Counted from the first letter of the stretch, positions 16,543 to 25,263 are shown. The stretch: DNA of 32,000 nt from Promethearchaeota archaeon (GCA_016933055.1 JAFGBS010000001.1:1-32000), one strand, 5' to 3'. The notes: generated by a model not told the origin, from the sequence alone. Made by a program: numbers and translations.

Positions 16543-17319
16543 ATGGAGAATGTGGTGACGACAAATACATCCAATCGTAGAATATTTAATAAGCAATCGT
16601 TTTATTCCGAGTTGGTACCATATTCATCTAAAGACGAGGCAAAAACTCTTGTTGATCAAATAAAATCACTTGATAAAGCTGTTAGAGCCCGTATCATTGA
16701 AAAATCTGATGGATTTTTTGTTTATTTCGATGAAAAATCTTTTAATGATATTAAGAAAGGAAAGTTCCAGGATATTATAAAGAAAATCGAAAAAGAGTCA
16801 CTTAATAAACCCAAATCCAATCAAAAACTAACAAAACAATCAAAATTGGATGAAGATGCAATTATATCACGTCAAATAACATTACCACAATTTCTTATGA
16901 ACCGTTTGAGTAAAAAAGCTTCATCCATTTTACAAAAAAGTGTGTTAGAAATACAAAAAAGTTCAAAAAAAGATTTGGAACAAGAATTAGACATAATTCG
17001 TTCTGAACAAGTGAAATTTGACATTCGTTACGAACATGAGAAAGAGATGTTGAACTATATCAACCGCATGGCAAAAGTTATAGAAAATCGCATTCGTGAG
17101 TATGCTGATCAAGAATCTGAGATTTTTATGAAGGCGAATGTCATCCAGCCGATAAAACGAGGTGAATTTCAAAAACAACTTTCTAAATTGGAGAAAAAAG
17201 GGGTAGATCAAGTAGCCTATCTGATCTATAAGAAACTTGGTAGGAAAACTAATCGATATCCTTATAAACAGAACCATTTAATAGATCGAATTCGGAATTA
17301 TTTAACTAACGAAGTGTGA
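16543..17319 (+). CDS. Hypothetical basic protein (SPOR-like N-terminus, possible RHH, coiled coil)
   Basis: 258 aa ORF, co-oriented with the next gene and separated from it by 17 bp. Domain guesses come from pattern only. Confidence 0.65.
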   Translation: MENVVTTNTSNRRIFNKQSFYSELVPYSSKDEAKTLVDQIKSLDKAVRARIIEKSDGFFVYFDEKSFNDIKKGKFQDIIKKIEKESLNKPKSNQKLTKQSKLDEDAIISRQITLPQFLMNRLSKKASSILQKSVLEIQKSSKKDLEQELDIIRSEQVKFDIRYEHEKEMLNYINRMAKVIENRIREYADQESEIFMKANVIQPIKRGEFQKQLSKLEKKGVDQVAYLIYKKLGRKTNRYPYKQNHLIDRIRNYLTNEV

Positions 17320-17336
17320 TAGGATAGAGCAATCAA

Positions 17337-17741
17337 ATGGAAAAAATTAAAAAATATCTTGAAAAAGATGGTATCCGTTATTTACAACGAGATGAAGATC
17401 TAGTAATTCCATATAAAATTGATAAGCTTAAATTCCATATTATTATCACTAAGAGGGTAAAATGGGTGGTTGGTACCGCCTTAATTGCCAGTTTTGATGA
17501 AATTCCCGATGGAGTACGATCAGAATTATATAAAAACCTATTGCATGCGAATTATCATTTACCCGAGATAAATTATGCTATAGATTTAGAAGGAAATGTT
17601 TTCTGTACGGTGGATATGGAGCATAGCGTCACAAATTTTGAAAGTTTTTGTTCAGAATTCTATGCAATTCCAAATGGGATAAAATTTTTTCTTGAAAAAA
17701 TTGCACCTCCGTTGAAATTGAAGCTATCGGGACAAGAATAA
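17337..17741 (+). CDS. YbjN-like (T3SS-chaperone fold) protein
   Basis: 134 aa. The pattern ...SELYKNLLHANY.LPEINYAIDLEGNVFCTVD is typical of YbjN-domain proteins. Confidence 0.7.
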   Translation: MEKIKKYLEKDGIRYLQRDEDLVIPYKIDKLKFHIIITKRVKWVVGTALIASFDEIPDGVRSELYKNLLHANYHLPEINYAIDLEGNVFCTVDMEHSVTNFESFCSEFYAIPNGIKFFLEKIAPPLKLKLSGQE

Positions 17742-17823
17742 CTGATTAGCTTTTTATTATCCCCAAAATTATTATTCTATTCATCTTTTCTTTACAAAGC
17801 TGATTTTAATATAGATTTGAGTA

Positions 17824-19020
17824 ATGAGATTTATGGAATTAGATGTATCAGAATGGAGTGCAGTAGTTCTGGCTGGGGGATTAGGGACCCGTCTCCTACC
17901 ATTAACGGCAAATATCTGTAAACCCATGGTGAAAGTTTGTAATCGTGCTATGGTAGACTATTGTATAGATCATTTGCGGTTTGCTGGAATAAACAAAATC
18001 GTAGTATGCGTTAAACATATGGGAGATGAATTGAGAGAGTATTTATGGAACCAATGGGATCCTATCATAAAATCTAATCCAGCATTCACCTTAGAAATCC
18101 CAAAAAACGATAGTTATGGGACCGCAGATGCTGTACGAAAAGTATGGGATCTCATACAGACGGATAATTTTATAGTATCGATGGCGGATATTGTTACAAA
18201 TTTACCTCTTAAGGAATTTATGAAATTTCATACAGAAAAACATGCTGAAGCAACAGTCTCTATGAAACCAATTGATGAATTTGCCTCAAAGTACGGTAAT
18301 ACAGTGCTCAATGCAGATGGTCGAGTGAAATTGTTTTTGGAAAAACCGAGCGCACATGAAATCTTCATATCTAGTTTGACTCAACAGCGGGATATGGTTT
18401 TACCCACCATAAACACAGGTATTTATTGTTTTCAAAGGGATATTGCTCAACAAGTGATAATGGAAACGGAATTTAATGATTTTGGGAAGGAAATTTTCCC
18501 CTATTTATTGGAAAATAATTATAAATTATTTGGATTTAATGAACAATATTATTGGATGGATGTGGGAAATCCAAAAACCTATTTATGGGCAAATTGGGAC
18601 ATTTTGCGTGAATACGGGTGGCCAATTCTCCCACAAGGAGAGGATTCTGGTAAAAAGATATGGACTCAAGAGTCATTATCCCTGCCATATAATAGTTATC
18701 TACATGATAGAGTTTGTTTGGGAAAAAATATTCATTTTGGTGAAAATGTTCGTATCAATTCTTTAACTGTATTAGGAGATAATGTAGTTATTGGGAATAA
18801 TTCCCTTATTGATCGATCTGTCGTATGGCATGATGTCACCATCGGTCAAAATTGTATCATCGAACAATCCGTGATTGCTAATGGGTGTAAAATAGGAAAT
18901 AATGTAACAATTCGATCTGAATCGATGATAGGACCCCATGCAGTTATAGAAGATGATGCAGTATTAGACTCCCGAACCGTCCAATCAAATGAAAATGTAA
19001 AAAAAGAAATTAAAGGTTAG
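17824..19020 (+). CDS. NDP-sugar pyrophosphorylase (GMPP/GlgC-like nucleotidyltransferase plus left-handed beta-helix)
   Basis: VLAGGLGTRLLPLT...KPM, GTADAV, ADIVT, FLEKPSAHEIF, INTGIY, DFGKEIFP, YWMDVG, followed by C-terminal hexapeptide repeats. Confidence 0.92.
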   Translation: MRFMELDVSEWSAVVLAGGLGTRLLPLTANICKPMVKVCNRAMVDYCIDHLRFAGINKIVVCVKHMGDELREYLWNQWDPIIKSNPAFTLEIPKNDSYGTADAVRKVWDLIQTDNFIVSMADIVTNLPLKEFMKFHTEKHAEATVSMKPIDEFASKYGNTVLNADGRVKLFLEKPSAHEIFISSLTQQRDMVLPTINTGIYCFQRDIAQQVIMETEFNDFGKEIFPYLLENNYKLFGFNEQYYWMDVGNPKTYLWANWDILREYGWPILPQGEDSGKKIWTQESLSLPYNSYLHDRVCLGKNIHFGENVRINSLTVLGDNVVIGNNSLIDRSVVWHDVTIGQNCIIEQSVIANGCKIGNNVTIRSESMIGPHAVIEDDAVLDSRTVQSNENVKKEIKG

Positions 19021-19034
19021 ATCTAATCGTTAAT

Positions 19035-20498
19035 TTAGATTCTCTCTCTTAATTGTTTTGTTTTGGTTTCATTTGCTTTTATCTTTGACAAGCTTTTTAT
19101 TTTTGATTTTAAAATTGTCTCGATTTTTTTAATTAAAGTCTCTGAAGTTTCCGGATCGGGAGTTTCCGAGGAAATAATCATAGAGTTTCGATGTAGGCTT
19201 GGTCTTATCATTACCCATGACGCTTTATATTTATTTTCTTTAACCCCTTCTTGGAATATGATCTTAATTCCAATTAATGTGTCCAGAATTAACAAGTTCT
19301 CGTTTTTTAATTCGTCTTTAATAATCTGGCGGAAATTATATAACATATCGGGATCAACATTGATAGATCGGTACACTTTTATGGATTTAGGAAAATTTCG
19401 CACTAAGGAACTCAGAGGTTCATCTCGATTTGATAGAACTTCCAATAATTTTAATAAAGTGAAAGTACCATCTGGAAATGGACCGTAAATCGGAAAATAG
19501 AATTTGAATGTGTCTGCAGCACCAAAAACACCTCTCTCTTGCCTGAGATGAGAGGAAATCTCCCCTGGAAGGTTGACTACCCGTAGTAATTTATAATTAA
19601 AATTTTCTGCATACTCATCGACAATTCTGGAACAACAAGATGTTGTAATAATTGGGCTTTCTTTGTTTTTCAAGATATAATCATCATTAGATATAATTAA
19701 CATGATTAAATCTTCAAAATCGACCAGTGTTCCAGTTTCATCGAACACAAGGAGACGAGAACCATCCGAATCGAAAATCACTCCGATATCAGCATCTGCA
19801 GCCTTTATGATCGCCGAAGTATCTCTGATGGAATTCAAATCCGGAAAAAGTCGATCATCTAACGCCCTATAATAGGTATTCAAAGCGATTACTTGTACAT
19901 TAAGCGAATTTAGAATTTCTGGGGTGATGTCTCCAGTAGGACCATAACTACAATCCACGACAACCTTGAGATTTGCAGAGGAAATTGATTTTCGATTGAC
20001 GAATTGGGGGATTGCTCCTTTATATACATCGAAGGTTTGAGTAATATCAGATAATGTACCAATTGATAGGGGATCCACTCGTTCTATTTTGTTTTTTTTA
20101 AAAATCTGATTGATAGAATGGAGTTGACTTACTTGAAACTCGACACCACTTGGGTCATAGAACCGTATTCCAGTATCTCCCTCATATACATGACCAGATG
20201 ACAAATATACGCCACCATCCGCACCGAATCTACGAATACAAAATTGAAGTAATGGCACGGGGGCGAAATGTAAATTTAGTATGTTAATACCTGTACTCAT
20301 AACGCCCGATAAATAAGCTCGTTTTAGCATACGTGAATTATTAAAATAATCTCGACCCGCAACTATTACTTTATACCCATTATTATGAAGGTAAGTTCCG
20401 TGAGATGCCCCTATCTTAGCAGCTAATTCGGGAGTGAGTATATGATTGGCTCGTGCAATAATTCTTCCTTTATCAATTATTTCTGTTAAGTCGTCCAT
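19035..20498 (-). CDS. Phosphoglucomutase/phosphomannomutase-like protein with degenerate catalytic motifs
   Basis: The four-domain alpha-D-phosphohexomutase layout is present (TPELAAKIG, GRD, SRMLKRA, VVVDCSYG, ADIGVIFDSDGSR, GIKI). The phospho-Ser loop reads LSSGHV (canonical TASHNP) and the metal loop reads DSDGSR (canonical DxDxDR). Confidence 0.88.
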   Translation of the reverse strand: MDDLTEIIDKGRIIARANHILTPELAAKIGASHGTYLHNNGYKVIVAGRDYFNNSRMLKRAYLSGVMSTGINILNLHFAPVPLLQFCIRRFGADGGVYLSSGHVYEGDTGIRFYDPSGVEFQVSQLHSINQIFKKNKIERVDPLSIGTLSDITQTFDVYKGAIPQFVNRKSISSANLKVVVDCSYGPTGDITPEILNSLNVQVIALNTYYRALDDRLFPDLNSIRDTSAIIKAADADIGVIFDSDGSRLLVFDETGTLVDFEDLIMLIISNDDYILKNKESPIITTSCCSRIVDEYAENFNYKLLRVVNLPGEISSHLRQERGVFGAADTFKFYFPIYGPFPDGTFTLLKLLEVLSNRDEPLSSLVRNFPKSIKVYRSINVDPDMLYNFRQIIKDELKNENLLILDTLIGIKIIFQEGVKENKYKASWVMIRPSLHRNSMIISSETPDPETSETLIKKIETILKSKIKSLSKIKANETKTKQLRERI

Positions 20499-20558
20499 TT
20501 TTTCTCAAGTTCACAAATTTTGTAGGATCCCGATATTACGTATGTGGATATTAATACT

Positions 20559-20579
20559 AATATGGTTATCATATTTAAG
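20559..20579 (+). promoter_or_regulatory. Putative TATA box (TATTTAAG) overlapped by the inverted repeat AATATG-N5-CATATT
   Basis: The inverted repeat spans 20559-20575. The TATA-like element at 20572-20579 lies about 30 nt upstream of the ATG at 20608, in a 109-bp divergent intergenic region. Confidence 0.35.
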
Positions 20580-20607
20580 CTATGGAATCTATTGGGATCT
20601 CATAAAA

Positions 20608-22323
20608 ATGACTCAAGAACCATTAGGGTATTTTAGTTTTGTTTTACATAGTCATCTACCTTGGGTATTGAACCATGGAGTTTGGCCGCATGGAACGGAT
20701 TGGGTAAATGAAGCCGCTGCTGAAACATATCTCCCAATCCTTTTAGAGCTTTATAAGCTAGTAGACGCAGGATACTCCCCAAAATTAACTATCGGATTAA
20801 CTCCTGTATTGTGTGAGATGTTGACACACGGAAGTTTTACAACTGGTTTTATAGACTATATTGATGGGAAAATCACTGCAGCAGAAGATGACTATGAAGA
20901 TTTCACTCGGAACCAATATCGTCCCGAGCGCATTAAATTGACAATGTATTGGAAGGAATATTACCTAAAAATAAAGGAAACTTTCATAAATCGGTTTAAT
21001 AAGAACATTGTCAATGGATTTAAACAACTTCAAGACAAAAATCTGCTGGACATTATTACTTGCGGAGCAACACATGGATATAGTCCTCTATTATCAAAGG
21101 ATAGCTCTTTAGACGCCCAATTTGGAATTGCTGTAAATAATTACAAAAAACATTTTGGCCAAGCCCCTACTGGGGTTTGGTTACCGGAATGTGCTTATCG
21201 CCCTGGTTATAAATGGAAAAATCCCGTTTCAGGGGTGGAATATGAAAGACCTGGAATCGAATACTTCCTTGCTAATAATGGGTTACGTTATTTCTTCATT
21301 GATACAGCATTATTATTAGGTGGATTAAGTCAAGGCGTCTATGCTGCTCGTTTTCCTCTTCTTAAAGAACTGTGGAAACAATTTGCTAAGCAATATAAGG
21401 AATTACCAAGCCATTTTGAGAAAACTCCTTATGAGTCCTATATAGTCTCCTCCCAGAGTGCGGAGGCTCCAGTTGGGTTTTTTACTCGGGATCAAAAAAC
21501 TGGAATATTGGTATGGAGTGGAGAACATGGATATCCTGGGTGCGCGGAATATTTGGATTTCCATAAGAAGCATTACCCCGGAGGACTCCGCTACTGGAAA
21601 GTCACCGGTTCGAATGTAGATCTCGGTAATAAAATGCTCTATTGGGTAGATGATGTTTCTAACAAATTGGATGAAAATGCAAGCAATTTCGTCGATGTTG
21701 TGAAAGGTGTTCTACGAGAACATAAAAACAAGACAGGTAATCCCGGAATCATTGTTGCACCTTACGATACGGAACTATTTGGTCATTGGTGGTTTGAAGG
21801 TCCGTGGTGGCTGAATCGGGTGCTTAAATGGATGGAAGATGACCCCGAGATCATTTTAACCAATACGCGTCTATATATGGAGCAATATCCCCCCAATAAA
21901 GTCTGTCAAATTACAGAGGGTAGTTGGGGACAAGGGTCCAGTCATTGGGTTTGGTTAAATGAATGGACCATGTGGACATGGGAAAAAGTGTACGAATGTG
22001 AAGCGAAAAACGAAGAAATTGTCACAAGATATTATCTATCTGAAGATCCGAACGTGATTCGTCTTCTGAAACAAATGGCACGAGAATTGCTCCTTTTGGA
22101 GAGCAGTGACTGGCAATTTTTAATAACAACATGGTCAGCACGGGATTACGCGGAAAACCGAGTTGCATTACATTACGAAAACTTCAATCGAATTTACCAG
22201 ATATTAACCGAATATACGAATGGGAATACTATACCCGAAGGTGAATGGGCATTCCTAGGAAAAATTGAAGCGAACAATTCCCTGTTCCCCGAACTAGATC
22301 TTTATCCATTCATAAAAAAATAA
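20608..22323 (+). CDS. GH57 1,4-alpha-glucan branching enzyme (DUF1957 / TK1436-type)
   Basis: HSHLPWV, CGATHGY.PL, WLPECAY (nucleophile), APYDTELFGHWWFEGP (acid/base), ARELLLLESSDWQF. The start is revised to ATG 20608 (571 aa) because the track's start at 20446 overlaps the divergent gene. Confidence 0.93.
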   Translation: MTQEPLGYFSFVLHSHLPWVLNHGVWPHGTDWVNEAAAETYLPILLELYKLVDAGYSPKLTIGLTPVLCEMLTHGSFTTGFIDYIDGKITAAEDDYEDFTRNQYRPERIKLTMYWKEYYLKIKETFINRFNKNIVNGFKQLQDKNLLDIITCGATHGYSPLLSKDSSLDAQFGIAVNNYKKHFGQAPTGVWLPECAYRPGYKWKNPVSGVEYERPGIEYFLANNGLRYFFIDTALLLGGLSQGVYAARFPLLKELWKQFAKQYKELPSHFEKTPYESYIVSSQSAEAPVGFFTRDQKTGILVWSGEHGYPGCAEYLDFHKKHYPGGLRYWKVTGSNVDLGNKMLYWVDDVSNKLDENASNFVDVVKGVLREHKNKTGNPGIIVAPYDTELFGHWWFEGPWWLNRVLKWMEDDPEIILTNTRLYMEQYPPNKVCQITEGSWGQGSSHWVWLNEWTMWTWEKVYECEAKNEEIVTRYYLSEDPNVIRLLKQMARELLLLESSDWQFLITTWSARDYAENRVALHYENFNRIYQILTEYTNGNTIPEGEWAFLGKIEANNSLFPELDLYPFIKK

Positions 22324-22349
22324 TAAGGCTCTAATTTTCTCCTTAATTT

Positions 22350-22883
22350 CTAATATTGTTTGTCTTGGGCGTATTTCCACATAACTTTGGTTAAAGTTTC
22401 GAAAGCTTCCTCTACATTAAAGCTTTCTTTTGCACTAACCTCTACATAGGAACTGCATCCCCGAGATCTGGCTATATCGATTGCTTCATGCTTTTGCACT
22501 CGTCGCAAATGTGCTAAATCAACCTTTGAACCCACCAACATGATCGGGATATTAGGATCATAATTCCGTAAGATAGGTAACCAATCATCGAAATGGGATA
22601 AAGTAAGCATATTCGTTACCGAAAACAAAAACATGATTCCATTCGCTCCTTTTACATAGGTAGGTAGTAAGAATCTAAAGCGTTCTTCTCCTCCAAAATC
22701 CCAAATTTGCAGTCTTACCGTACCTAAGCCATCTAATGTTAAGTCTTTGATGAAGAATTCTACTCCTATCGTTATTCTGGTGTCAGTTTTGAAAATACCC
22801 GTAATAAATTTCTGGGTAAGACTTGTTTTTCCTACTCCTCCATCACCAGCAATGACTAGTTTAAACACTTTCTCGTAGCTCAT
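22350..22883 (-). CDS. Rab/Ras-like small GTPase (Asgard type)
   Basis: G1 GDGGVGKTS, G2 TIGVEF, G3 WDFGGEERF, RabF-like RFRFLLPTYVKGA, G4 GSKVD, G5 EVSAK. There is no C-terminal Cys. Confidence 0.95.
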   Translation of the reverse strand: MSYEKVFKLVIAGDGGVGKTSLTQKFITGIFKTDTRITIGVEFFIKDLTLDGLGTVRLQIWDFGGEERFRFLLPTYVKGANGIMFLFSVTNMLTLSHFDDWLPILRNYDPNIPIMLVGSKVDLAHLRRVQKHEAIDIARSRGCSSYVEVSAKESFNVEEAFETLTKVMWKYAQDKQY

Positions 22884-23078
22884 AACCCTACCTACTCTGC
22901 ATTTTCTTTTTATCCCTATATACCATTTCTTCGTAATGTATGTAAATGTGGATCTTCTAACTAAGATACAAAATAGAGCTATTCTCTTAAATAAGTATCC
23001 TATGATATTGCATACGCCGAAAACAGAGAAAATTTGATTCTGGTGATAATACGTTAATATATCCTTAAGGATTATTAC

Positions 23079-23104
23079 AAAAAATAAAAAAAAAAATAAA
23101 TAAA
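23079..23104 (-). terminator. Long U-rich terminator
   Basis: About 26 nt of nearly pure A tract on the plus strand (T tract on minus), directly downstream of the stop at 23113-23115. Confidence 0.65.
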
Positions 23105-23112
23105 TATATGGT

Positions 23113-25263
23113 TTAGACTCGATTCTTGCGACGAGTAATCAAAATTGCCGCAACAGCTACAAGGGTGATACCCGCAATTACTAAGATAACTGCCCAGAAG
23201 CCTGGATTATCCCATTGCATGAATACACTGAAGGTAGGATCATGCCAGAGTTTATCCCCAGATCCGTTAAAGGTCGGATAGTTTACTGCGTAGATCAAGA
23301 TTGATGAACTGATGTTCAAAAATCCCCCTGCTTCGAAACTTTGAGATGGTGCATTAGGATCCTCATAACGTACTTTAGCGCTGGCATCGAAATCCAAGAA
23401 TGCTAATGGAATGGTACACGTGCTTGCTGGATAAGAAGTTCCCGGGTCTCCTTGTATATATTCAGGTCCAGCAATATCAACTGCTGCAACAGGTAAATCA
23501 CCTGTGTAATCTCCCACCTTAATTGTACCACTTGCATTTATAGAACCGGAGTGAACGGCTTCATCTGCTAATCCATTTTGTGCAAGCTCCAACTCTTCGA
23601 CAGTCTCTACCTCAAAGTGAAGGCGGAAATGCAAAATAGTGCTTACGTAGATTACAGAGAAATCCATATTAGGATCTTGTAAAGCTATATGATTTGGACC
23701 TGTTCCACCATTCCATGCAGAGAAGTACTGATCCAGTTTGATGATTCCTTTCGCCATCTGCACTTCATCATAGTCTGGGACTAACCCCGAATATTCCCCT
23801 GCTTCTGCGGCGGTAACCACTTCTTTTAGTTTGGGTGTGAAAGTAAATCCTAATTCGATATAATCCAAATTTTCAAAGACTGGAGAAGATAAATCTGAGG
23901 GACTCATTCCGATTGGAACTGCTACCATTTGCACAGTTTGCAATTCAATACTCCACGTGTATCCATCACCTTCATCAGTCAGTTCAGGTTCGTTGAATAC
24001 GATATCACCAATCCCTCCAAACGCAAAGTAATAACGTGCTTCAGAACCGGTGATGATTTCGCTTTCTACTTCACCCTCGACGATTGTAGTGCGTGTAACA
24101 TCAGGAACGTCATTTGAATTCTCATCTTCATATGCAATAAAGCCCATGAGGGAGTGTGTCATGATATAAATTTCGATGTCAAGGCCTTCGAAGATTTCTG
24201 CTATTCCCATCCCAGGAAGCGGATTAGGTTCTTCAGATTCTCCAAGTGTAGAGTTTAATGCTTGGATAATTGCCGGAACGTTAATGTAAATTTGGAATGT
24301 CTTAAACCAAATTTCGATCAAATTGAAGGAAAATCGACTCCATTCCCGACTAAATTCACCATCTTCTACGTCTTCAAGTAACCATAGCATGAAATCATCA
24401 TGATTTGCAAGTGCTGATGCATTCCAAGCAATAAGATCAGATGGAGGAATTGGATCGTCATCCTCTAAATTCCAATCATCCCAAATTTTATACTCCTTGG
24501 TTATTGTATAATCGCTAGAAGTATCCATAGTGTATTTTTCCCAAGTGATCATGTTGAGTACAATCAATTCGTCTCCATTGATGTTATCATTGATATGGAA
24601 TATCAAGTATGTAATAGCAGATAGAAGTTCACCAGCGATTTTCTGTCCTACTTCAACCGAATCTTCTTCCGTCCAAGTCGATGGGTCACCTTTCGCTTCA
24701 ATAGCTGCCTTAACATTCTGTGCTGCAGTGATGACCTTGTTAATAGCATTTATGAAGGAATCATTATTATCCCAAATCAAAAATACTACAGCGGCACCGG
24801 AGGTATATGTTATGTTTACTGTTCCTGTTCGGTTAATTGTCACATATGGGTGTTCACTTTGACCGAGTGGAATAGCTGTGTTGTATTCCCGGATCCAATA
24901 CAATTCCTCTCGACCATCGTAGGTTACATTATAGGTTTCAGTTTCCTCGTAGGAGGCACTCAATTTGTAAACATGTTTTATTTCATCTTCTTCAAAGGTG
25001 AAATCAAAAATATTCAAAAATAAGATCTTGAATACTTCCCCTAATGCACGACCAGAGGGACCAAGACCTTCAAGCATTCCAAAAACACCGCCTAAGGCAT
25101 TAAATAATCCATCTGGCATGGCTGCAATATCTGCTGGATCTTCAGATTTCCAATCGAATCCCCAACCGTCCCCAGGTCCCTGGGAGACAGCGAATGCTGG
25201 GATTGCGAGTAAAGCGCTCAAAACCATCAGAGAGCAAATAATACTAGTCTTAATTTTTTTCAT
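23113..25263 (-). CDS. Secreted, C-terminally anchored acidic surface glycoprotein of unknown function
   Basis: The start is revised to ATG 25263 (716 aa), which gives a signal peptide MKKIKTSIICSLMVLSALLAIPAFA. It has a C-terminal TM helix plus a basic tail (FWAVILVIAGITLVAVAAILITRRKNRV) and 9 N-X-S/T sequons. Confidence 0.85.
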   Translation of the reverse strand: MKKIKTSIICSLMVLSALLAIPAFAVSQGPGDGWGFDWKSEDPADIAAMPDGLFNALGGVFGMLEGLGPSGRALGEVFKILFLNIFDFTFEEDEIKHVYKLSASYEETETYNVTYDGREELYWIREYNTAIPLGQSEHPYVTINRTGTVNITYTSGAAVVFLIWDNNDSFINAINKVITAAQNVKAAIEAKGDPSTWTEEDSVEVGQKIAGELLSAITYLIFHINDNINGDELIVLNMITWEKYTMDTSSDYTITKEYKIWDDWNLEDDDPIPPSDLIAWNASALANHDDFMLWLLEDVEDGEFSREWSRFSFNLIEIWFKTFQIYINVPAIIQALNSTLGESEEPNPLPGMGIAEIFEGLDIEIYIMTHSLMGFIAYEDENSNDVPDVTRTTIVEGEVESEIITGSEARYYFAFGGIGDIVFNEPELTDEGDGYTWSIELQTVQMVAVPIGMSPSDLSSPVFENLDYIELGFTFTPKLKEVVTAAEAGEYSGLVPDYDEVQMAKGIIKLDQYFSAWNGGTGPNHIALQDPNMDFSVIYVSTILHFRLHFEVETVEELELAQNGLADEAVHSGSINASGTIKVGDYTGDLPVAAVDIAGPEYIQGDPGTSYPASTCTIPLAFLDFDASAKVRYEDPNAPSQSFEAGGFLNISSSILIYAVNYPTFNGSGDKLWHDPTFSVFMQWDNPGFWAVILVIAGITLVAVAAILITRRKNRV

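Noticed and set aside
17824-19020. Possible eIF2B gamma/epsilon-like non-catalytic NT-LbH protein
   Set aside because: The GGxGxRLxPLT..KP, Asp and EKP catalytic motifs are intact, so an active pyrophosphorylase is more parsimonious.
20446-20607. 54-aa hydrophobic N-terminal extension of the branching enzyme
   Set aside because: It overlaps the divergent PGM-like gene and the promoter. GH57 homology begins just after ATG 20608.
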